Source: Candidatus Aminicenantes bacterium
GTDB taxonomy: Bacteria > Acidobacteriota > Aminicenantia > Aminicenantales > UBA4085
Length of the DNA stretch: 64,000 nt
Direction of reading: 5' to 3'
Assembly (NCBI GenBank): GCA_963803915.1
Contig: CAWDOL010000014.1
Span: forward strand, 99,987 to 163,986
The notes beneath the pieces are model-generated. The model was not told the DNA's origin, made no database searches, and worked only from the letters and a program-made list of their open reading frames with translations. Below are positions 55,362 to 64,000 of this stretch, one piece after another. Positions within the stretch are counted from its first letter, which is position 1, and every line of letters begins with the position of its first letter. The position numbers and the translations under genes are program-made.

Positions 55362-56149
55362 GACGAAATCGCCGCCTCCTCGTCCCCGCCGTTCTCCTCG
55401 CCGTCCTCTGCGCCTGCGCCGCGGCCGGGCCCGGCCCCCAGACAAAGCCCCGGCTCCTGCGCTACGAGGTGGTCAAGGCGTACCCGCACGACCCATCCGC
55501 CTACACCCAGGGCCTGCTGTGGCGGGAGGGTGTTCTCTACGAGAGCACGGGCCAGTACGGGGAATCGACGCTGCGCAAGGTCGATCTGGAAACGGGCAAG
55601 GTCCTCCAGAGAAGCGACCTTGCCCGGCAGTTCTTCGGCGAAGGCCTGGCCCTTCTGGGGGACAAGCTCTACCAGCTGACCTGGGAGTCCGGGCTCGGCT
55701 TCGTCTACGACCGGGCCACCTTCCGCCGCTTGTCCACGTTCACCTACTCGACGGAGGGCTGGGGCCTGGCCGTCCTGGGCAAGGACCTGGTCATGAGCGA
55801 CGGCTCGAGCATCCTCACCGTCCGAGACCCCGAAACCTTCGACTTGCTGCGCCGCATCCGGGTAGAGGACGAACGGGGCCCAATCATCTACCTCAACGAG
55901 CTCGAAGTCATCGACGGCGATATCTACGCCAACGTCTACCAGACTGACCGTGTGGTGATCATCGACCCGGCCACCGGGAAGGTCAAGTCCGAGGTCGACT
56001 TCACCGGCCTCCTGCCGGCGGCCGACCATCACCCGAGCGTCGACGTCTTGAACGGCATCGCCTGGGACCCCAAAGGGAAGCGGCTGTTCGTCACCGGCAA
56101 GAATTGGCCCAAGCTGTTCCAGGTCAAGCTGGTCCCGGCAAGCCGATAG
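55358..56149 (+). CDS. Glutaminyl-peptide cyclotransferase (beta-propeller 'plant/bacterial type' glutamine cyclase)
   Basis: Lipoprotein-type signal (LLAVLCAC). YEVVKAYPHDPSAYTQGLLW...LYESTGQYGES...QLTWESG..F.YD. Confidence 0.7.
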   Translation: MRRNRRLLVPAVLLAVLCACAAAGPGPQTKPRLLRYEVVKAYPHDPSAYTQGLLWREGVLYESTGQYGESTLRKVDLETGKVLQRSDLARQFFGEGLALLGDKLYQLTWESGLGFVYDRATFRRLSTFTYSTEGWGLAVLGKDLVMSDGSSILTVRDPETFDLLRRIRVEDERGPIIYLNELEVIDGDIYANVYQTDRVVIIDPATGKVKSEVDFTGLLPAADHHPSVDVLNGIAWDPKGKRLFVTGKNWPKLFQVKLVPASR

Positions 56150-56505
56150 ACTGCCAGCGAACCACTACTCGATTCCGGGAAAAGCGGTCCGGAGTGCCGG
56201 CCCGGCAACGCTTTGGTAGTCCTCGCTACGACCGGCGCTTCGCCCGTCGTTGTGAGGGCGGCTTCGGTTTTTTCACGCCTTTTTTCGCTTCTCTTCTCGG
56301 CGCCTGCGGAACTCCGCATGTTTGCTCGAGACGAATGGCATGCCCACCCACTCTATCGCGCTACCGATTGATCTTCTCGTGCTCAAACATCCCTCGGCGC
56401 CCGTTGGGTTCCCTCGAAGAGCGGCAAAAAAAGGCTAAAACCTCGCAATTTCGCCGTTGGCCGGCACCCCGAACCGCTTGGATTTCCCGGAATCAGGAAC
56501 ATAAC

Positions 56506-59409
56506 CTATTTAAGGAATTGCGTCGTCCATTCCGGCTCGACGTTTTCGAAGAAGACGCCCTGGAAACGGCCGGGCCCGAGCGCGGGCAGGTCCACCTCGA
56601 CGGCGTAATCGCGGTCGGCCGCGAGGCTCGAGACGTCAGCGTAAAACCCAAGAAAAGTCCGTTTCGGTGAATGTCCGTAGATGCTGTTGTAGGCCTTGGT
56701 CAGGGCCACGGGCCGGCCGTCGATGCGGAGCGCCACGGGCATGGCCTCGTCGGGCTCGGCGATCTGGACGAAGAGAAGAAGGCGGTGCGAGCCCAGCCAG
56801 GTCGCGCGCAGGTCGTCTTCCGTATACGTCACCGGCCACGAAGCGCGGCGGGCATCGAGCTGGGCAAAGATGCGGGCCGGGATGCGGAAGGATCCGCGGG
56901 CCGTTCCGCCCTCGAAAGCCGGGTTGAAGGCAACGGCGGGCTCGCCGCGGCCGAAGGCCCGGCCCTCGAACCGCATGGGAAGGGACAGGAGCCGGGCGGC
57001 CGCGTCTTTGGGCAGGCCTGCCGCATCGGGGCGGACTTGCCCGTTCACAGCAACCGCCGATACGGCCGTACCGGCGGGAAGGATCACCTGGAGATCGCGT
57101 TCCGAACCCGGCTCTCCAGACACCCCATCGATCTCCAAAAGCTCGCCCCTAAGGACAGCCCGGCCGGAAGCGCCGAACAGGATCGGCTCCTTCACGGCCG
57201 CGGGCGCGGGGAGGAGCTCGAGGACCATCGCCTCGTTGGCCCGCATGGGCAGGACGACCTCATCGCCCGCGCCCCAGAACCCCTGGCCAGGCTTGCCGAG
57301 GAGCCGGCCTGCCTCGGGATGGAGCTCGCGCAGCAGAAAGCGCCCTCCCCTGTCGAGGCCGATCGAGGCGTCGAGCCGGAAGGAGGCGTCCATCCTGCGG
57401 TAGTTCGGGTTGAACAGAAAGACGAAGCCGCGGCCGTCGCGGATCGCCGCCGTGCCGTCGCAGCGGCCGATCATGGGCGGCCCGATGATGGGCCTCACCA
57501 GGCGCAGCGTCTCGGCCTGGGCATCCGTCCAGTCCAGCCAGCGGCGGAAGAAAGCCTTGTCCACCTCGGGCAGGGCCTTGAACTCCTCCTCGTCGCGGGC
57601 CGGGATGAAGCTCAGGGTGTGGTTGAAGGGGGCCGTGGCCACGGAGGAAAGAAGCGAATATACCCAGCCCAGCCGGTCCCAGTCGCGGGGCCGGAAGCGG
57701 TCGCGCCTCATGACGCCCTTCTCGTCCGTCCGCTCGGTCTGGTGGGTGATGTAGCCGGGCATGATCTCGGGCGGGGCGAAGCGCTCGACCCGGTACTTCC
57801 AGGCCGCGAAGCGCTGCCGGTCGGCCGAGACGCGGTCGGTATGCAGGTCGGGAAAGGCGGTGAAGCTTTCGGGCTGCTCGTCGGTCAGGGTGGGGTGCGG
57901 GTAGGAGCCGGCCAGCCAGGTCCAGGGCCCGAAGCTCATGTACTGCTGGCGGCCGTCCATGACGACGTCGGGCACGCGGCGGCGCAGCTCTTCCAGGATG
58001 CGGCGGGCGCCGTACCACTGGGCATACTTGCTGGTCGCCTTGGGGTCGTCGTAGGCGATCCACCAATGGTCGAAAGAGAATCCGGCCGCCCCGGTGGCCC
58101 GGACGAAGCCAGTCAGCGTCCCGATCCACCAGTCCTGGAAGCCGCGCTGCCCGGTGTCGACGGCATTATAGCCGCCCAGCTTGTCGCCCGCCCAGCGCGT
58201 CCAGGCCGGATCCTGCAGGAAGGGCAGGGAGGGATAGGCGTAAGCCAGGAGGCCCAGCCCGCGCGAGCGGCCGTAGGCGACGGCTTCGCGGATCGCGGGC
58301 GGCACGGGATCGCGCCCGGGCACCCATTCGCCCTTGCGGATCTTCTGGCCGAGCGAGAAGAACAGAAGATTCTCCCAGCCCCAGGCGTCGCGATTCTCGG
58401 CCAGGCTGGAGAAACGGCCGTCGGCCGGGGTGTAGAGGGTGTGCGTCGCACCCAGCTCGGCGGCACGGTCGATGATCCTGTTGAATTCGGCCCGGCCCTC
58501 GGCCGTGGCGACGTCGATCTGGTAGTCATTCTCGCACCAGGGGACGTGGACGCGGATGCTCTTTGTCGGCCGGTAGAGGAGGAAGGCCCGGACGCACTCC
58601 ACAAGGGCGTCGGACTCGGCCTCGTCGAGGACGGGGTTTTGGGCCAGGTAAGCGGCATAGTCGGGAACCCACTTCCACTCGGGCAGCGAGCGCGCCGGGA
58701 TGGTGCGGCCCGAGCGGGGGATGATCCCCAGCAGGAGGCGGTCCGAGGCGAAAGCGCCGTAGGCGGGCTTCCAGTCCATGGCCGGCTTGTAGGAGGCGGA
58801 CAGGGATGTCCCCTCGCCGACGAACTCGTTGTAAGGATTCTGATAGAGGGCGAAGAGGGAGAAAGCGGGCCGGGCTTGGCCCGCGGCGGGGAAACGGAGG
58901 ATCGTCCCGAAGCGGCCTTCCGAGAGGGGCATGCGGCTTTCGGGCGCGGTCTCGAGCGTGCCTTCATAAGCCCGGATCTCGTCGACCCGGAAGTCTCCCG
59001 CCGCCGCCTCGGGCTCGATAAAGACCTGCTTGCTCAGGAAGCGCCAGCCGGGGCGAAGCTCGTAGATGATCCTAACCCGAAAGCCGGACGCCGTTTGCGA
59101 GAAGGTCAGCCTGTCCTTGGCGATGGACAGGTCGTAGGGAGTGACGGCCCCGAGGTCGATGGTCCGGCCGCCGATCGTGATGCGGGCCGACTCGTCCCCG
59201 AAGTCGGCCCGAGCGCCGCTTTTCCGATCGAGCAGGGTGCGCACGCCGCGATTCAGAAAGACGGCGCGGATGTTCTCGTTGGCCAGGACGAGCTCGGCCG
59301 CGTCGGCCTGGGGCGCGGAGGCGGCCGAGGACGGGAGGATCTGTGGCAATACGCCCGCAATGAGAAGAACGGCGAGCGCGGCCAGAACCGCGGGGCGTCG
59401 GATGGTCAT
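56506..59409 (-). CDS. Large secreted protein (967 aa), possible glycoside hydrolase
   Basis: Signal peptide MTIRRPAVLAALAVLLIAGVL. Trp-rich central region (FSFDHWWIAYDD, QWYGARR). No family assignable by eye. Confidence 0.35.
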   Translation of the reverse strand: MTIRRPAVLAALAVLLIAGVLPQILPSSAASAPQADAAELVLANENIRAVFLNRGVRTLLDRKSGARADFGDESARITIGGRTIDLGAVTPYDLSIAKDRLTFSQTASGFRVRIIYELRPGWRFLSKQVFIEPEAAAGDFRVDEIRAYEGTLETAPESRMPLSEGRFGTILRFPAAGQARPAFSLFALYQNPYNEFVGEGTSLSASYKPAMDWKPAYGAFASDRLLLGIIPRSGRTIPARSLPEWKWVPDYAAYLAQNPVLDEAESDALVECVRAFLLYRPTKSIRVHVPWCENDYQIDVATAEGRAEFNRIIDRAAELGATHTLYTPADGRFSSLAENRDAWGWENLLFFSLGQKIRKGEWVPGRDPVPPAIREAVAYGRSRGLGLLAYAYPSLPFLQDPAWTRWAGDKLGGYNAVDTGQRGFQDWWIGTLTGFVRATGAAGFSFDHWWIAYDDPKATSKYAQWYGARRILEELRRRVPDVVMDGRQQYMSFGPWTWLAGSYPHPTLTDEQPESFTAFPDLHTDRVSADRQRFAAWKYRVERFAPPEIMPGYITHQTERTDEKGVMRRDRFRPRDWDRLGWVYSLLSSVATAPFNHTLSFIPARDEEEFKALPEVDKAFFRRWLDWTDAQAETLRLVRPIIGPPMIGRCDGTAAIRDGRGFVFLFNPNYRRMDASFRLDASIGLDRGGRFLLRELHPEAGRLLGKPGQGFWGAGDEVVLPMRANEAMVLELLPAPAAVKEPILFGASGRAVLRGELLEIDGVSGEPGSERDLQVILPAGTAVSAVAVNGQVRPDAAGLPKDAAARLLSLPMRFEGRAFGRGEPAVAFNPAFEGGTARGSFRIPARIFAQLDARRASWPVTYTEDDLRATWLGSHRLLLFVQIAEPDEAMPVALRIDGRPVALTKAYNSIYGHSPKRTFLGFYADVSSLAADRDYAVEVDLPALGPGRFQGVFFENVEPEWTTQFLK

Positions 59410-59443
59410 GGGGCTTTCTCCTTGGGATCCATTCTAGCAAATC

Positions 59444-59615
59444 AATTGGGGGACACCATACGTAATTCCCAATTCGATTTCGTCAATTTTATTGGACGTT
59501 TCAGAAGCCGCGACTCCCAGCGGAGATAGCTTGGCGGCGTCAACAAAACAATTCGGGAGTTGTGTATGGTGTCCTCATATCCTAGCGGATATGAGGGCTG
59601 CCGAGCCTGTCCCCC
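59444..59615. repeat. Nested-palindrome intergenic element (family member 2)
   Basis: aattgggggacaccatacgtaattccc at 59444-59470, its partial inverse aattcgggagttgtgtatggtgtcc at 59550-59574, palindrome tcatatcctagcggatatgagg, then gctgccgagcctgtccccc. Confidence 0.75.
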
Positions 59616-59632
59616 TATTATAGAACCCGCTC

Positions 59633-60229
59633 ATGCGCTATTATGAATTCATGTCCCCCCGCCTGTTCAAGACGGCCGCGGCCTGGAGGGCCTGGCTCAC
59701 TCGCAACGGCGGCCGGGCGACTGAGATCTGGTTGGCCTACTTCAAGAAAACCTCCGGAAAAAAGTCCGTCACCTACCAGGAAGCGTTGGACGAGGCCCTT
59801 TGCTACGGCTGGATCGACTCGATCGTGAACAGCCTGGACGCCGAAAGGTATATGCAGCGGTGGACGCCGCGAAAGCCGACGAGCGTCTGGTCGGCCCGCA
59901 ACAAAGCCCGCGTCGCCGAGCTTATGGCCGCCGGACGGATGGCGGAGCCCGGACTGGCCGCCGTGCGCCTGGCTAAGAAAAACGGCTCTTGGGACAAGCT
60001 GACCGAAATCGAGCGGATCGGCCGCGGCGGAGGCCCGCCCGACGAGGTGGTCGCAGCTATTTCGGCCTATCCCGGGCTGGGCAAGAAATTCGAAGCCCTC
60101 CCGGCCTCCAAGCGCAAGATGTTCGCCTATTGGGTGGCCTCGGCCAGGCGCCCCGAGACACGCGACCGCCGCATGGCCCAGATGGAGGAGCTCATCGACT
60201 CGAACCGGCTTCCCGGTTTTAAAAAATAA
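59633..60229 (+). CDS. YdeI/OmpD-associated family protein
   Basis: CYGWIDSIVNSLDAERYMQRWTPRKPTSVWSARN...KFEALPASKRKMFAYWVASA. 198 aa. Confidence 0.65.
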   Translation: MRYYEFMSPRLFKTAAAWRAWLTRNGGRATEIWLAYFKKTSGKKSVTYQEALDEALCYGWIDSIVNSLDAERYMQRWTPRKPTSVWSARNKARVAELMAAGRMAEPGLAAVRLAKKNGSWDKLTEIERIGRGGGPPDEVVAAISAYPGLGKKFEALPASKRKMFAYWVASARRPETRDRRMAQMEELIDSNRLPGFKK

Positions 60230-60232
60230 TAG

Positions 60233-60402
60233 GGGGACAGGCTCGGCAGTCCTCATATCTGGTAGGATATGAGGGCACCATACATAACTCCCGAATTATT
60301 TCCGTCAACTTTAGATGACGTGTAAACAAACGTATTAGGGAATTATGTATGGTGCCCTAATCGCCTATCGGCGATTAGGACTGCCGAGCCTGTCCCCCAA
60401 TT
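60233..60402. repeat. Nested-palindrome intergenic element (family member 3, most complete)
   Basis: Outer IR gggggacaggctcggcagtcc ... ggactgccgagcctgtccccc. Inner IR gggcaccatacataactcccgaat ... attagggaattatgtatggtgccc. Two 22-bp palindromes. Terminal tcccccaatt. Confidence 0.8.
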
Positions 60403-60484
60403 CAATTAGGAGGACGACGATGAGATGCTTCAGCAGCGGCAAGGACAGTCGTTTCGAGACCACCGTCATGTTCGAGCCGGCCGG

Positions 60485-61706
60485 ATGAGCGGCCCGATGC
60501 GACGGCGCGAGGCGCTTTGCGGGCTGGCCGGCGGGGCGGCCGCGCTTCTAACGCCCCGAGCGGGAACGGCAGCCCAGGCTCCCGCGTCCCCGGAGCCGTG
60601 GCCGCGGGTGGCCCGCGACGGCATGGGCTATCGCCGGCTGGGCCGCACGGGGCTGATGATCTCCGAGATCGTCCTGGGCGGCAGCCCCTTGCCGGACGAG
60701 AGCCTCGTTCGGAGGCTGATCGACCGCGGCGTCAACTACATCGACACCTCGGACAGCTACGAGAACGGCAACTGCGAGCGCAAGGTCGGCCGCCTGTTCA
60801 AAGCCGTGGGACGAGATAAGCTCCACGTACATGCCCGCTTCCACCTGCAGGGCTCCTGGACGGCGGACACGATCGTCGGCCTCGGTCGAGGGCAGCCTGC
60901 GCCGGCTGGCCACCGACCGGGTCGAGGTCTTGGGCATTCACGGCGTCGAGTCGCCCGACATCGTCGACGATCCTCGAATCCAGGACGCCTTCCGCAAGCT
61001 GGAGGGCAAGTACGCCTCCCGCGGCCTGACCTGCCATGTCAACGCGGCCGCGGTCATCCCCAAGGCCGTGGCCTCCGGCCTTTACGACATGGTCCAAGTC
61101 GGCTACAACGTCTTTGACCTGCAGCCGGGCGAGAAACCCGTGCGGGCCTATCCCGACTACCTCGGCGAATCCGGCCTGGGCCGGATGATCGACCTCTGCC
61201 GGGACAAGGACATCGGCGTCATCGGGATGAAGGTGCTCAAGGTGGGGGGACAGCGCCAGGTGCTCGACCGCTGGCGGACGGAGGGCGGCTCGCCCCAGGC
61301 GGCCATGATCAAATGGGCCTTGTCCAATCCGCGCCTTTCCGCGGTCGTGATCGAAATCCTCAACGACCGCGAGATGGAGGAGGACCTGGGCGCGTTGGGC
61401 GCTTCGCCGACGCCGGCAGAACGGAAGCTCCTGGCCGCCCATATCGCCGAGAACAGCCGGGCGTACTGCCACATCTGCGGCTCATGCCGGGCCGCCTGCC
61501 CGGAAGGCCGCCCCTTGAGCGAGATAGCCCGCGGGCTGATGTACGCCGAGAGCTATGGAAAGACGTCCCGGGCCCGCGAGGTTCTGGCGGCCGCAGTCGC
61601 GGCCGGATATCCCGCCTGCCGGGACTGCGGAGCCTGCGAGACGGCCTGTCCCTACGGCCTGCCCGTGCGCGAAACCGCCCGCCGGGCGGCGCGGTTTCTG
61701 GCTTAA
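60485..61706 (+). CDS. Tat-signal aldo/keto reductase fused to a C-terminal 2x[4Fe-4S] ferredoxin-like domain (frameshift ~60830)
   Basis: MRRREALCGLAGGAAALL. AKR motifs MGYRRLGRTGLMISEIVLGG, IDTSDSYENGNCE. C-terminal CHICGSCRAACPEG and CRDCGACETACPYG (CxxCxxCxxxCP x2). Confidence 0.65.
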
Positions 61707-62171
61707 TTAGACCTGCGTCGTCAGGAAGAGCGGCAGGGTCATGTGGCCGATCTGGTCCTGCAGCTCCTCGATGCCGTCGATGTGGGCGTCCTCGTCCTTG
61801 AGGATCTTCTCCAGGAGCTCCCGGGTGGCGAAGTCGGCGACCTTGCCGGCCAGCTCGATGCCCTGATTGTAGCTCTTGATGGCCCCCATCTCGGCTTCGT
61901 GGTCGGAGAGGAGCATCTTGGGAATCTCGGAGCCGATGTGGATGGGGTTGAGCTTGGAGACGACCGGGATCCCCTCCAGGAACAGGATGCGTCCGATGAG
62001 CGATTCGGCGTGCTTCATCTCGTCGATGGCCCGCTTTTCGAAGTGCTTGTGAAGCTTCTGGTAGCCCCAGTTGGCGCACATCTCGGAGTGGACCATGTAC
62101 TGGCTGACGGCGGTCAGCTCGTCGGCCAACAGGGCGTTGAGTGTCTCGATGAGTTGGACGTTCCCTTTCAT
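61707..62171 (-). CDS. bfr: Bacterioferritin
   Basis: MKGNVQLIETLNALLADELTAVSQYMVHSEMC...EMKHAESLIGRILFLEG. 154 aa. Confidence 0.85.
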   Translation of the reverse strand: MKGNVQLIETLNALLADELTAVSQYMVHSEMCANWGYQKLHKHFEKRAIDEMKHAESLIGRILFLEGIPVVSKLNPIHIGSEIPKMLLSDHEAEMGAIKSYNQGIELAGKVADFATRELLEKILKDEDAHIDGIEELQDQIGHMTLPLFLTTQV

Positions 62172-62426
62172 TCGTTTTCTCCTTTGCAGCGGGGTTGTCC
62201 CGATTATTTTATCACTTTTTCTGATGGGAATAGGAGGAAAAGATGCCCCCTCCCAAACCGCGGCACAGAAGCGCCATCTCACCGGCCGGGCTTGTGTGCT
62301 AAACTGGCCCGGACGCACGGTCAACACGATGAAGTCATCCCGTCCCGGAGGCCCCGCCGCCGTCTTCGCCGCCGTCTCCGTTCCGGCCTCCGCCCCAACC
62401 ATCCCCCCCACCCATGAGGTCCCGTC

Positions 62427-63779
62427 ATGAGCAAGCTGGAAGGCAATCTCTCTCTCTACGGCCTGACCATGGTCGCCATCGGGGCCTGCATCGGCTCGGG
62501 CATTTTCCTCAGTCCGTCCTATGTGGCCGGATACCTGTCTTCGCCTTTCCTCATCCTCCTCGTCTGGGGGCTGGGTCTGCTGCACGCCCTGACGGGATCT
62601 TTGACCTTCGCCGAGCTGGGCGCCATGATGCCCAAGGCCGGCGGCCAATACGCTTACCTCAAGGAGATCTACGGGCCGCTGACGGCCTTCCTCTACGCCT
62701 GGGTCACGTTCGTCGTCATCAACGGCTCGGGGATTGCCGTCCTGAGCCTGACTTTCGCCAAGTATACGGCCGTGATCGTGCCCTTGTCCGCCGCGGGCAC
62801 GCTGATCCTGGGCGCCGCCGCCATCGGGGCCATGGCCGCGGTCAACATTCTGGGCACCCGCTTCTCCGACCTGGCGGCCAAGCTCTTCACCGCGCTCAAG
62901 CTGGGCGGCCTGGCCCTGATCATCGGCGTCGGAGTCATCCTGGGCTCGCCGGCCCGGACGGGCTTCCACTTGAAGCTTGCCTCCCGCTCCTTGACCGATC
63001 CCGGCATCGGCCTGGCCGGCGCCCTGGGCCTGGCCTTCGTCGGCGTCTATTTCTCGGTCGGCGGCTGGCAGCACGCCTCTTACCTGGCCGGAGAGGCCCG
63101 CGACCCGAGGCGGACCGTGCCGCGGGCCATGATCCTAGGGGCGGTGATCGTCGGCCTGGTCTACTGGCTGACCAACCTGGGCTACCTTTTCCTCCTGCCG
63201 GTCGACCGCATCGCCGCTTCCTCCGGTGTCGCGGCCGAGGCGTTGGGGACGGTTCTGCCTTGGGGAGCCGTCTTGATCTCGATCATGATCGCCCTCTCGG
63301 CCCTGGGCACGGTGGGCATCTACACCTTCTCCGTGCCGCGCATCTTCTATGCCCTGGCCGAGGACGGCCTCTTCTTCCCGGCCGTCTCCCGCATCCACCC
63401 CCGCTTCAAGACGCCGGTCAACGCCATCCTCCTGCAGTCGGGCTGGGCTATCGTGCTGCTCTTCATCTGGGGCACCTTCGACAACATCATCAACTACCTG
63501 GTCTTCATGGACGGGATTTTCATGCTGCTCACGGGCATCGGCATCATGAAGCTGCGGCGGACCCGTCCCGCGGCCGAGCGTCCCTACCGCACCCTGGGCT
63601 ACCCACTGACGCCGATTCTGTTCATCCTGATGTCCGTCTTCTTCATCGGGGCCACGCTGATCAACAAACCGGTCCAGGCCGTGGCCGCGACCGTCGCCTG
63701 CCTTCTCGGGCTGCCGTTCTATTTCTATTTCCGGGGCAAGAAGCGGGCCGCCGAGAGATCGCTTCCGACCGGCGCCTGA
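62427..63779 (+). CDS. APC-superfamily amino acid permease
   Basis: 450 aa, 12 TM. LYGLTMVAIGACIGSGIFLSPS (APC N-terminal signature). Confidence 0.8.
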   Translation: MSKLEGNLSLYGLTMVAIGACIGSGIFLSPSYVAGYLSSPFLILLVWGLGLLHALTGSLTFAELGAMMPKAGGQYAYLKEIYGPLTAFLYAWVTFVVINGSGIAVLSLTFAKYTAVIVPLSAAGTLILGAAAIGAMAAVNILGTRFSDLAAKLFTALKLGGLALIIGVGVILGSPARTGFHLKLASRSLTDPGIGLAGALGLAFVGVYFSVGGWQHASYLAGEARDPRRTVPRAMILGAVIVGLVYWLTNLGYLFLLPVDRIAASSGVAAEALGTVLPWGAVLISIMIALSALGTVGIYTFSVPRIFYALAEDGLFFPAVSRIHPRFKTPVNAILLQSGWAIVLLFIWGTFDNIINYLVFMDGIFMLLTGIGIMKLRRTRPAAERPYRTLGYPLTPILFILMSVFFIGATLINKPVQAVAATVACLLGLPFYFYFRGKKRAAERSLPTGA

Positions 63780-64000
63780 GCCGCACCCGATCCACCGACC
63801 GTCCCGGCCGGGGAGCCCAGAACTATTACACGCTGCAAAGAAACTTTCCGCCCGTCCGGTGCGGAAACGCCGGCCCCGCCTGGAATAAGCCCGCTCAATA
63901 CCCCGGGCTCGGCTCCCGCCCCGGCGGTTCGACGACGGGGCAGAAGCTGGTACGAATCGTGCAGGATAGCCATGCGGGACGCGCGAGACGTGTTCCGATA

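Noticed and set aside
56150-56505. Possible terminator or sRNA in the 355-bp gap (gagggcggcttcggttttttcacgcc)
   Set aside because: The stem is short and imperfect. There is no second copy and no clear promoter. Too weak to call.

Overview
This is a high-GC (about 65-70%) bacterial chromosomal segment, gene-dense on both strands. The gene content is typical of a Gram-negative lineage such as Acidobacteriota: a TolC-like efflux channel, a carboxypeptidase-regulatory-domain/TonB-receptor-like outer-membrane protein and a GWxTD lipoprotein. That lineage placement is inference from gene content only.

Housekeeping genes recognised: lepA, tsaD, mtnA, tatA and bfr.

Accessory content:
- a PP2C phosphatase / Hanks Ser-Thr kinase pair followed by an SH3-like beta-barrel protein;
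- an envelope-glycosylation locus: GT4 and GT2 genes, then a radical-SAM/SPASM enzyme divergently transcribed from two paralogous GT-C (ArnT/PMT-like, DE-motif) membrane glycosyltransferases that flank a Dpm1/ArnC-like polyprenyl-phosphate sugar synthase, with a HAD phosphatase at the end;
- a RelB/RelE-type toxin-antitoxin pair;
- two tandem MDR oxidoreductase paralogs;
- a lower-GC insertion carrying a gingipain-like C25 peptidase, bounded by a ~75-bp direct duplication of the 3' end of a membrane-anchored LuxR regulator gene;
- an Orn/Lys/Arg decarboxylase translationally coupled to an NhaC-family antiporter;
- an IS3-family transposase remnant beside a low-GC block holding a sulfatase-family gene fragment;
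- a GntR/ABC transporter module, an SSS symporter, and a DUF302 / URO-D-like / glutaminyl-cyclase operon;
- a Tat-signal aldo-keto reductase fused to a 2x[4Fe-4S] ferredoxin domain.

Two non-coding repeat families stand out. One is a nested-palindrome family (terminal motif aattggggga..., inner motifs gggggacaccatacgtaattccc and gggggacaggctcggcagtcctcatatc) present at three intergenic sites; two of these flank a ydeI-like gene. The other is a ~110-nt two-hairpin element present in two intergenic copies. No rRNA, tRNA or CRISPR was found.

At least 20 genes carry apparent +/-1 frameshifts. Those traced to the base lie in G/C homopolymer runs, so many 'pseudogenes' are probably sequencing or assembly indels rather than real decay.
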